Source of the DNA: an uncultured virus (IMG/VR IMGVR_UViG_3300030376_004046)
Lineage: Duplodnaviria > Heunggongvirae > Uroviricota > Caudoviricetes
Length of the DNA stretch: 64,000 bases
Direction: 5' to 3' (one strand)
IMG/VR virus record: IMGVR_UViG_3300030376_004046
Coordinates: 1-64,000 of that record
Both the position numbers and the translations under genes were made by a program. The notes under the pieces are model-generated. The model saw only the letters and a list, made by a program, of their open reading frames with translations, was not told the origin of the DNA and made no database searches. Positions within the stretch are counted from its first letter, which is position 1; each line of letters starts with the position of its first letter. Below, piece after piece: positions 48,832 through 57,078 of this stretch.

Positions 48832-49911
48832 ATGGTGAAAAAACTAATAATACTACTGCTATTACTACCTAGTTTAGTAGTTTGTCAAACTTTTAAAAAA
48901 GAAGACCTTGAAGACTTGCTAAAGTTTTCTACTTTTTATGCCGCAGTTAACGGTGGTACATCATTATCTGATGTTGATGTATTTTCTGTAGATAATGGTT
49001 TATCTACACAAACTATTTCAACTCCTTATGATTATAATTTTACCATAGGACTCCGTAAAATAGCTAGGTTTGGATATGAGAATAAGGCAAATACTTTTTA
49101 CGATGGTACGGAATCTAATTACAGTGACGCGGCAACTGTTGGTAAAGTTAGAGGGGTTGAGTATTTATTTGAAATAGATTACAAAAGACAAGAAGGAGTA
49201 GATTATATGGATCAACATCATTTTATTAGATTTAGTTCTGACGATGGTTGTCCTGATGAATTATGTGTAAACTTTTTTGCTTTAAAACTAGAGTATCTTG
49301 AAGATGGTTTTGCAGATGTAAAATATTTTGAAGCTTCAGAACGTTATAGACATAGAAAAAATGCTAATTTATCTTGGAACATAGGGCTAACGCATCGCTT
49401 AGCTGAACCATACGGTTATAACGCTTTAGATGAGTGGATGTTAAGCAATGGCAATATACATTATACTTATTTAGCGTTACAAGAAGGATATACGGTCGAT
49501 GTGTATAGCAGTGAGTACTATAATCCAGCTGGCGAATTAGTGGCTACAAGCGCTGAAGTTTGGGAGGCAGTTGTTATACCTGAAGTGTTAGCTGGTTACA
49601 CTCAAAAGAAAAGAAACGAATTAAAAAAAACAATACAACACTCTTTAGTTTTAGGATTTGATTATTACAAATATTCTAAATCAACATGGCTACACGCTTG
49701 GGGTAGTATAATGCCTTATCACTATGATGATGGTAGCGAGTTTAGTTATCACAATTATGTTGATGGTCAATGGTATGATTACTCAGGAGGGTTAATATAT
49801 GGTATAAAAGTAAACAAACAACTAGGGTATTTTGTAGAAGGAAAGTATAATAAATATTGGAACAGAGAGTGGTACGATTTTAAACTAGGAGTTAACTACA
49901 CAATTTTTTAA
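48832..49911 (+). CDS. Predicted outer-membrane beta-barrel protein
   Basis: Signal peptide ending VVC|Q, aromatic alternating strands, and C-terminal YDFKLGVNYTIF (terminal Phe beta-signal). Confidence 0.7.
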   Translation: MVKKLIILLLLLPSLVVCQTFKKEDLEDLLKFSTFYAAVNGGTSLSDVDVFSVDNGLSTQTISTPYDYNFTIGLRKIARFGYENKANTFYDGTESNYSDAATVGKVRGVEYLFEIDYKRQEGVDYMDQHHFIRFSSDDGCPDELCVNFFALKLEYLEDGFADVKYFEASERYRHRKNANLSWNIGLTHRLAEPYGYNALDEWMLSNGNIHYTYLALQEGYTVDVYSSEYYNPAGELVATSAEVWEAVVIPEVLAGYTQKKRNELKKTIQHSLVLGFDYYKYSKSTWLHAWGSIMPYHYDDGSEFSYHNYVDGQWYDYSGGLIYGIKVNKQLGYFVEGKYNKYWNREWYDFKLGVNYTIF

Positions 49912-49930
49912 AAATTAAAAAACAATAATT

Positions 49931-50128
49931 ATGGCATTTAAAATGAAATTAAAATCTCCACTTTTTCAAAAAGTTGGGAAGTTGAAAGTACAGCAATTAA
50001 AAAAAGTTGGAAGGTTGACAAAAAAGAACTACGAAGGATCTTTTGAACAAGCTTTTGCTAATGCTAGAAAAAGTGGTGCTAAAGAGTTTATTTATAAGGG
50101 TAAAAAATACAATACTAAAATAAAGTAA
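49931..50128 (+). CDS. Small basic MAFKMK-tagged protein
   Basis: MAFKMKLKSPLFQK...SFEQAFANARKSGAKEFIYKGKKYNT. Confidence 0.7.
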   Translation: MAFKMKLKSPLFQKVGKLKVQQLKKVGRLTKKNYEGSFEQAFANARKSGAKEFIYKGKKYNTKIK

Positions 50129-50133
50129 ACATA

Positions 50134-50424
50134 ATGGCAAAAGAATTAAATGAAGATACAGCGTTTAAGCTAAGTATAAAAACAATGATGGGGCTAGCGT
50201 TTGCAATAGCAACTTTAGCTGGTATGTGGTTTACATTACAAGCTGAAATAGCAGAAGCTAAAGAATTACCAGTTATACCACCACCACCAGATCCAGAAGT
50301 TACGCGTATGGAGTTTGACATGAAAGATCAAATGATACGTAATACTATTATGACAACACAGAAAGACGTTGAAGAAATAAAACAAACTTTAGAAAAAATA
50401 GAAGACAAACTTTATGATAGATAA
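50134..50424 (+). CDS. Single-TM protein with a Pro-rich linker and a coiled coil
   Basis: TM GLAFAIATLAGMWF, then PPPPDP and heptads. Confidence 0.7.
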   Translation: MAKELNEDTAFKLSIKTMMGLAFAIATLAGMWFTLQAEIAEAKELPVIPPPPDPEVTRMEFDMKDQMIRNTIMTTQKDVEEIKQTLEKIEDKLYDR

Positions 50425-50773
50425 TATTAACTGGCAAACAAGAGTTATGTACATGTTAATAATTATTATCATGTTATCTTGTAGTGTTTGTTTTAGTCAA
50501 ATAAAAGTAGTGCAGTTTAATGCTGGTTGGAATAAGGCTAACGATGTGCCTTGGGTAATGAGTTTAAAAGACTGTAAGACTATAGGTTATACAGATGTTG
50601 GTAAAGATACTAAAGCACAAGCAAAATACAAAATAGCCTCTGTACCTACTATAATAATATTTAAAGACGGAGAAGAAGTTGCAAGATTTCAAGCTGATCT
50701 TAGTTTTACAATGGTAGCAACAAAAGAAGAAGTACAAGAAGAAATAGATAATATAATAATGAGCGATTTTTAA
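50414..50773 (+). CDS. Exported thioredoxin-fold protein lacking CXXC
   Basis: Signal ending CFS|Q; VVQFNAGWN; YKIASVPTIIIFKDGEEVARF. Confidence 0.7.
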   Translation: MIDNINWQTRVMYMLIIIIMLSCSVCFSQIKVVQFNAGWNKANDVPWVMSLKDCKTIGYTDVGKDTKAQAKYKIASVPTIIIFKDGEEVARFQADLSFTMVATKEEVQEEIDNIIMSDF

Positions 50774-50775
50774 TT

Positions 50776-51147
50776 ATGCCAGGAACACACAAACAAAACA
50801 GTATGTTTAAAAAAACTAAAGGATACATTCAAGATGGTAATCCTTTTCCCGTGACTAGTTGTGGTAGACGTAGAAATACAGGGTCACCATTACACAGCAA
50901 CGAACCGCGCAAAACTACAAAAGGTAAAAATAGGAACTTTAGAACAGTTGAGGAGGGCGCTGGGATGACCGCTAAAGGAGTTAAAGAATATAAACGTAAA
51001 AACCCTGGAAGTAAGCTTAAAACAGCTGTAACAGGAAAAGTTAAACCAGGTAGTAAAGACGCAAAAAGAAGAAAATCTTTTTGTGCTAGATCAAAAGGTT
51101 GGACTGGCGAAAGAGGTAAAGCGGCAAGAAGAAGATGGAAATGTTAA
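50776..51147 (+). CDS. Small basic phage protein
   Basis: GMTAKGV..Y...NPGSKLKTAVT...RRKSFCARS...ARRRWKC, a motif common in marine phages. Confidence 0.7.
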   Translation: MPGTHKQNSMFKKTKGYIQDGNPFPVTSCGRRRNTGSPLHSNEPRKTTKGKNRNFRTVEEGAGMTAKGVKEYKRKNPGSKLKTAVTGKVKPGSKDAKRRKSFCARSKGWTGERGKAARRRWKC

Positions 51148-51668
51148 AAGATTTTGACATATCAAGTTTTAAAAAACAAAAACCACCTAGTGATAATAGT
51201 TTTGATACAGACCAAGAAATTAAAGCTCTTAAAAAAATACCTTTAAGAAAAGAGTTTGTTAAAAAGTATGATGACATAGAGGCGGCGTTTGAAAAAACAG
51301 CTAAAGAAAATAATATAAAAGATTACGATAAAAAGATCGCTGCTAAACTTATAAAAGAGTCTGCACCTGTAATATTAAAACTAAAGAAATATCACAACAG
51401 ACCAAGGCCATATGAATTAGATAAATCTTTAAGCGCTGTTAAAATGAAATCAATGAACACGCCTTCATATCCATCTGGTCACTCTGCGCAGGGTATGCTT
51501 ATAGCATCGGCATTGAAAGACAAATACGGTAAAGGAAAAGCCTTTATGCAAACGGCTAAAAACATATCTGATAGTAGAAACACAGCGCACGCTCATTATA
51601 AAAGCGATAGTAAAAACGGAACAGAATTAGGAAAACAAATGTATAAACACGTTAAAAACAAAATTTAA
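51135..51668 (+). CDS. PAP2/haloperoxidase-superfamily phosphatase
   Basis: All three motifs: KKYHNRPRP, YPSGH and SRNTAHAHYKSD. Confidence 0.85.
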   Translation: MEMLKDFDISSFKKQKPPSDNSFDTDQEIKALKKIPLRKEFVKKYDDIEAAFEKTAKENNIKDYDKKIAAKLIKESAPVILKLKKYHNRPRPYELDKSLSAVKMKSMNTPSYPSGHSAQGMLIASALKDKYGKGKAFMQTAKNISDSRNTAHAHYKSDSKNGTELGKQMYKHVKNKI

Positions 51669-51669
51669 A

Positions 51670-51888
51670 ATGAAAAAAGCACCTACAAAAATGAAAAAAA
51701 CAGCAATGAAAATGAAAAAAGCTCCTGCTAAAATGAAAAAAGCTCCAATGAAAAAAGCTTTAGTTGGTAAACAAGCTAACTTACCAAAAGAACTTAGAGA
51801 TAAAATACTAGCTTCTCCTGGTAAAATGTTAAAACCAGCTGCTATGAAAATGATGAAAAAAGGAGCGGTTAAAATGAAAAAGAAATAA
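51670..51888 (+). CDS. Histone-like K/M/A/P-rich protein
   Basis: MKKAP repeats. Confidence 0.65.
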   Translation: MKKAPTKMKKTAMKMKKAPAKMKKAPMKKALVGKQANLPKELRDKILASPGKMLKPAAMKMMKKGAVKMKKK

Positions 51889-51889
51889 T

Positions 51890-52048
51890 ATGGCATTTAA
51901 AATGAAATCACCTTTAAAAGGTAAAAGAGGTTTGTGGGATAATATACATGCTAAAAGAAAAAGAATAAAAGCTGGTTCTGGAGAAAAAATGAGAAAACCT
52001 GGCAGTAAAGGTGCTCCGTCAGCTAAAGATTTAAAAGACTCTCAATAA
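51890..52048 (+). CDS. Small basic MAFKMK-tagged protein (52 aa)
   Basis: MAFKMKSPLKGKRGLWDNIHAKRKRIKAGSGEKMRKPGSKGAPSAKDLKDSQ. Confidence 0.75.
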   Translation: MAFKMKSPLKGKRGLWDNIHAKRKRIKAGSGEKMRKPGSKGAPSAKDLKDSQ

Positions 52049-52176
52049 TGGCATTTAAATTAAGACAAGTAAATTCACCTATGAAGTGCTGGACAAAAGC
52101 TGGTTATATTAGAAAACCTGGTACAAAAAAAGGCGCTAAGGGCAGTTGTTACAAGCCTGGTAAAAAGAAAAAATAA
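52048..52176 (+). CDS. Small basic MAFK-tagged protein (42 aa)
   Basis: MAFKLRQVNSPMKCWTKAGYIRKPGTKKGAKGSCYKPGKKKK; TAATG coupling. Confidence 0.7.
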   Translation: MAFKLRQVNSPMKCWTKAGYIRKPGTKKGAKGSCYKPGKKKK

Positions 52177-54330
52177 ATGAAAAAATTATTATTACTATTA
52201 TTATTACCAATACTATCATTTAGTCAAAACTGCACACCAACTTTAATAGCTACTGACACGTGTATGTACGGTTATGCTAGAACATGGGTTGAGTGGCAGC
52301 CGTTAGATAGTGGTTGTACTATTGCTAATATTCATAGAGGAACACCTTATAATACATATTCTTGGGGTTGGAGTAATCAAAATATAACTAATTATTCTTT
52401 TTATAATAATTATAGTCCTGGAGATCCATTTGCTAGTTCAGATGGTTTTTGGATGTTTTTAGAAATGACTGATGGTACTTTTACCGATACGATATATGCT
52501 AGTGAATTTACTTGTATATCTGGCTGTATGGATCCATCTTATGATAATTATAATCCATTAGCTAATATACCAGATGTTTGTTTAGCAATACCACCACCAC
52601 AAGATGATTGTGCTGATACTACAAAAACATCTATAACAATAGAGTTTGTGCCAGACACGTATGCCGGTGAAACATCTATGCGCGTGTTGAACCAAGATGA
52701 TAGTACTTTGTTTTTCTTACCACAAGGATTTTTCAATAATGTAGGCACTGGTAATATGTATATTGAAACAATATGTGTGCCTATAAATGACACAGTTAGA
52801 TTTATGATATATGACTCGTATGGCGATGGCATATGTGGTAGTTGTTTTGGAGGTGTTGATGGTTATGCTTTAATCACGGATGAGTGTGGCGATACTATAT
52901 ATAGTTTAACTCCAGGTGATAATTTAAACTTTGGTCATAGCGATACATCAGATGTGTTTGTAATGAAAGATTGTAGCTGGATACCTGTTGTTGGCTGCCC
53001 TAATCCAGCTTATTTAGAGTTTAATCCAGCAGCTGATATAGATAATCCAGCACTGTGTGTTACACCTAGAGTAATAGGTTGTATGGACAGTGCTATGTTT
53101 GATTTTAACCCTATAGCTAATACGCCACTTATGGAAGATACTTGTGGTTATATGCTAGAGCTTACTGATGGTGGCGGTGATGGTTGGTTAGGTGCTTACG
53201 TTGTGGTAAATCAATTAGGTAATTCATACGGTCCTTATACTAACGTAAGTTCTTTTGTTGAAACCATAAACTTAGAATTAAAATCAAACCACCCGGTTAC
53301 AATTAGAGCTTACTCACAAACAAGTTCTGATGCTACTATAGATCAGATAGGTTTTAGATTAATAAACCCAGAAGGTATAATTATAGCTTCAGGTGGCACA
53401 AACCCTTGGAGTGATAGAATAATGTTATTTCCAGATAAATACATAGCTTTACCAAATTGTCCTACTATATGTATGCCATATTATTATGGTTGTATGGATG
53501 CTACGGCTTATAATTATGATGATAATGCAAATACTAGTGATAGTAGTTGTTATTACGAACCTGGATGTACTGATCCACAGTACTTAGAATATTACACTCA
53601 AGGATATACAGCTGATTATAACAATGGTGATTGTCAAACAGAAGCTATATGGGGTTGTACTGATAGTTCGGCTTTTAATTATGATAGTTTAGCTAACTTA
53701 GATAATGGTGGTTGTACACCTGTAATATTAGGTTGTATGCAGCCTCTAGCGTTTAACTATGATGCAAACGCTAATACTGACGATGGTAGTTGCATACCTT
53801 ATATATATGGTTGTATTGATCCTACAATGTTTAACTACGATGCAGCTTGTAACACTGATGATGGAAGCTGTATACCTTACAGTTACGGCTGTACAGATTC
53901 AACAGCATTTAATTATGATCCAAACGCTAACGCAGACAACGGGTCTTGTATTGAAATAGTACATGGCTGTATGGATCCAAACGCATATAATTACGAGTCA
54001 ATTGCTAATGTTAACGATACTTTATCTTGTTTATATGATGCTGGTTGCATTACTGGTCCGGGAATACCTTATTGGTTAAATGATCCTTGTTATGCTTGGG
54101 TTATTTCAGTAGATGATTATTGTTGTAACAATGAGTGGGATGAAATATGTCAGTTAACATATGATTATTGTGAAGGAACTTGGATTGGTCCTCAACCAAA
54201 AAGAGATTCTGAAAAGAAATTATTAGCAATTACAGATATATTAGGTAGACCTGTAAATAAAATAGAAAAAAATAAACTTATGATATATATCTATAGTGAT
54301 GGAACTATAGAAAGAAAATTAATTAAGTAA
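52177..54330 (+). CDS. Secreted Cys-rich repeat surface protein with a T9SS-like C-terminal domain
   Basis: Signal ending SFS|Q; about 10 GC(T/M)D..A.NY...AN.DDGSC repeats; DSYGDG and DGGGDGW motifs; C-terminus KKLLAITDILGRPV...IYIYSDGTIERKLIK. Confidence 0.8.
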   Translation: MKKLLLLLLLPILSFSQNCTPTLIATDTCMYGYARTWVEWQPLDSGCTIANIHRGTPYNTYSWGWSNQNITNYSFYNNYSPGDPFASSDGFWMFLEMTDGTFTDTIYASEFTCISGCMDPSYDNYNPLANIPDVCLAIPPPQDDCADTTKTSITIEFVPDTYAGETSMRVLNQDDSTLFFLPQGFFNNVGTGNMYIETICVPINDTVRFMIYDSYGDGICGSCFGGVDGYALITDECGDTIYSLTPGDNLNFGHSDTSDVFVMKDCSWIPVVGCPNPAYLEFNPAADIDNPALCVTPRVIGCMDSAMFDFNPIANTPLMEDTCGYMLELTDGGGDGWLGAYVVVNQLGNSYGPYTNVSSFVETINLELKSNHPVTIRAYSQTSSDATIDQIGFRLINPEGIIIASGGTNPWSDRIMLFPDKYIALPNCPTICMPYYYGCMDATAYNYDDNANTSDSSCYYEPGCTDPQYLEYYTQGYTADYNNGDCQTEAIWGCTDSSAFNYDSLANLDNGGCTPVILGCMQPLAFNYDANANTDDGSCIPYIYGCIDPTMFNYDAACNTDDGSCIPYSYGCTDSTAFNYDPNANADNGSCIEIVHGCMDPNAYNYESIANVNDTLSCLYDAGCITGPGIPYWLNDPCYAWVISVDDYCCNNEWDEICQLTYDYCEGTWIGPQPKRDSEKKLLAITDILGRPVNKIEKNKLMIYIYSDGTIERKLIK

Positions 54331-55427
54331 TGAAATTTATCGGTCAATTTATACAAAGCTTTATAGCTAGATTTCGTAACTCTGTGTTTTTTGAAAGTGT
54401 AGAAAACGCAGACTCTGATACTGATAAATTTTTAGTTATAGGATCATCTGGTAAGTTAAAATATAGAACAGGAACTCAAGTTTTATCTGATATAGGTGCA
54501 GGAACAGCAACAGGAGATATAACTTCTGTAACAGTAACAACTGACACCGGAGCACCTGGTAGGATTTCTGTTGCTAGTGGAGATGTTAGTATTGCTTTAG
54601 AAGGTGCTAATGGTGTTAATGTTACAAATTCTGGTACGACAATAACAGCACAAGCAGTTCCTGGTGAAATAGATCACGATTCGTTAAGTAATTTTGTTGC
54701 GGCAGAACACGTTGATTGGGCTGGGTCTAGTGCTGGAACAATACACTCTACTAATATACCTACACTAAATCAAGATACAACTGGATCTGCTGCTACACTT
54801 ACAACTGCAAGAGCTTTTCAAACTGACCTTGCAAGTACATCTACAGCTAATTTTGATGGTAGCGCTGCCAACACTCACGGTGTAACTGGAACTTTAGCTT
54901 TAGGCAATGGTGGTACAGGTAATACAACCGGTGTTCAGGCTGGTAAAAATTATAGAATAGTAAATTGTAATTTTAGAGCAGACATAGGTACAACTAAATA
55001 CTATTTACCATTAAAATCTCAAGATGAGCAAACGGTACTAACGAGGGAAGAAAATCAAGAAGTAGCAATTTGTGATGGTAGACTAGTTTCTATTACGTGG
55101 AGAGCAGAGGCTTTTCATAATTTTGGTTCTGATGCTACAGTAACTTTTGGTGTTGAAACAAATACTGTAGGAAGCTCATACTCTGGTGGTTATTCTGTTC
55201 AAGAAACAGAGTCAGTCACAGTTAACCACGCGGATGACCAACATTTATGGCATGTTGTTTTTGATACAGCAAAACATTGGGATTCTACAGATATGTTTGC
55301 AATATCAATACAATCAGATACAGATATAACAGGTAGTAACGAGAGAATATTTTTAACATTAGTAATAGAAGATGATTGGTCTACATATTTAGCTGGATCA
55401 ACTAGAGAAATAGATACAACACCTTAA
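54330..55427 (+). CDS. Tail fibre-like protein
   Basis: GDITSVTV, LNQDTTGSAATL and TGTLALGNGGTG fibre repeats. Confidence 0.65.
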   Translation: MKFIGQFIQSFIARFRNSVFFESVENADSDTDKFLVIGSSGKLKYRTGTQVLSDIGAGTATGDITSVTVTTDTGAPGRISVASGDVSIALEGANGVNVTNSGTTITAQAVPGEIDHDSLSNFVAAEHVDWAGSSAGTIHSTNIPTLNQDTTGSAATLTTARAFQTDLASTSTANFDGSAANTHGVTGTLALGNGGTGNTTGVQAGKNYRIVNCNFRADIGTTKYYLPLKSQDEQTVLTREENQEVAICDGRLVSITWRAEAFHNFGSDATVTFGVETNTVGSSYSGGYSVQETESVTVNHADDQHLWHVVFDTAKHWDSTDMFAISIQSDTDITGSNERIFLTLVIEDDWSTYLAGSTREIDTTP

Positions 55428-55458
55428 TAAAATAAATAAATATTAAACAAATAATAAC

Positions 55459-55815
55459 ATGGCAACATTAATACCAACTTTAACATTATCTTGTGCAGAT
55501 GCCACAACTGATTTAATAAACTTTTCTGTGGTAGATAATTTAAATATAACTAAAGCTGTAATAGCACCTAGTAAAATAAAATTATCTACAGGCGATTTAA
55601 CTTTATTTGCAGCTGCATCTTACACCAAGTCATATGTTTATCTTAAAAATACAGACGACACTATAGCTATAAACATAGAAATTACAGATGGTAATGATAC
55701 GATACAATTAGCAGCTAAAGAATTTGCTTTTTTTCCTTGGACAAGTGGAAGTGATATTATAGCGTTTTCAGCTTCAGGTACACCATACCTAGAATACGCT
55801 ATATTTGAGGCATAA
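55459..55815 (+). CDS. Virion protein, paralog family 1 of 3
   Basis: YVYLKN...LAAKEFAFFPW...LEYAIF. Confidence 0.65.
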   Translation: MATLIPTLTLSCADATTDLINFSVVDNLNITKAVIAPSKIKLSTGDLTLFAAASYTKSYVYLKNTDDTIAINIEITDGNDTIQLAAKEFAFFPWTSGSDIIAFSASGTPYLEYAIFEA

Positions 55816-55851
55816 AATAAAAATCAATTAATAACAAATAAAAACAACAAC

Positions 55852-56280
55852 ATGGCAACAACAACAGCAACAATTAGCATTTCCAGTTCAGACTTGATGC
55901 CTGGTAGTCCTTTAAATATAAGTGCTAGTTCAACATTAATGAAGACTGGTATAACTACTGGCATGGAGTTGATGGAAATGGGTAATGCAGAAATAGCACA
56001 GGATTATGAGGCTCAGTTATTTGCGGATGGACCTGCAACAGACAACGGTGCTTATTGGATCTACATTTGCAATACAACTACAGATGATGATACTAGATAC
56101 ATAGAATATAAACTTCATGAAACCGTAATAGGTAGATTATATGCAGGTGACTGGATGTTTGTACCTTATAATGCTAGTGACGGCGACGCGGAAGTAGAGG
56201 TAAAAGCTCTTATAGGTATAAACAAGATAGAGTACGCAATGTTTAAAACCGCATGGACTCTTCCAGCAGCTGAATCATAA
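55852..56280 (+). CDS. Virion protein, paralog family 2 of 3
   Basis: MATTTAT; IYICN; IGRLYAGDWMFVPY; IEYAMF. Confidence 0.65.
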   Translation: MATTTATISISSSDLMPGSPLNISASSTLMKTGITTGMELMEMGNAEIAQDYEAQLFADGPATDNGAYWIYICNTTTDDDTRYIEYKLHETVIGRLYAGDWMFVPYNASDGDAEVEVKALIGINKIEYAMFKTAWTLPAAES

Positions 56281-56304
56281 AAATAAATAAATAAATAAAT
56301 AAAT

Positions 56305-56745
56305 ATGGCAACAACAACAGCAACTATTAATGTTAGTAGTGATATACTTAGTTATCCTGTTAGTATTAGTAAAACAATGACAATGAGCAAAAGTGCTAAT
56401 CCTTCTGTAGGTTTAGATGAAACAACTGGTTTGCGTACTAAAAAATTTACAACTGCAACTGCAGCGGTAATTGTTGAGCACGATGAGCTTACAGACGATA
56501 AAGCACATAAAATATATATAAGAAATGCCAGTACGAATAAAGCAGAGTTTTTCTATGTAGCTTATAATGCCTCTGCAGCAGCAGCAACTACAGCTGAAAC
56601 TATAGGTAAATTATATGGTGGAGACTGGATGCTTATGCCTTATGATGGTAATGTTAATATAACTGTAGCTTCTTCTACTGCAACCGAAACACAAATGCTA
56701 GAATACATGGTATTTGCAGATGGTATTGTAGAAGCTAAAGGCTAG
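56305..56745 (+). CDS. Virion protein, paralog family 3 of 3
   Basis: MATTTAT; IYIRN; IGKLYGGDWMLMPY; LEYMVF. Confidence 0.65.
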   Translation: MATTTATINVSSDILSYPVSISKTMTMSKSANPSVGLDETTGLRTKKFTTATAAVIVEHDELTDDKAHKIYIRNASTNKAEFFYVAYNASAAAATTAETIGKLYGGDWMLMPYDGNVNITVASSTATETQMLEYMVFADGIVEAKG

Positions 56746-56751
56746 AATAAC

Positions 56752-57072
56752 ATGGCTAAATACTTTAATATAACTGGTGCATCATCTGCAGCTGCTGAAT
56801 TAACTAGAGAGTTATTAGCGCCTGGAGATGGTGTAAGAGTTTCTTCTATATCACTAGTTAACGTGCACGCAGACACTAAGTGTACCGTTGATTTATATAT
56901 AGAAAAATCTTTAACTGGTAAATTTTATATATTAAAGAGCGTTGAACTACCTATAGGTGCAACACTAGTACATGATTTTACCTTTAACAATGGTACTAAT
57001 GAATTTGGTTTATATTTAAAATTAACTAAATCAGCATCTGAAACACCTTCTGTAGATGTAATAATTAAATAA
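56752..57072 (+). CDS. Small beta-rich virion protein
   Basis: ISLVNVH...VDLYI...YILKSVELPIGATL. Confidence 0.6.
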   Translation: MAKYFNITGASSAAAELTRELLAPGDGVRVSSISLVNVHADTKCTVDLYIEKSLTGKFYILKSVELPIGATLVHDFTFNNGTNEFGLYLKLTKSASETPSVDVIIK

Positions 57073-57078
57073 AATAAA

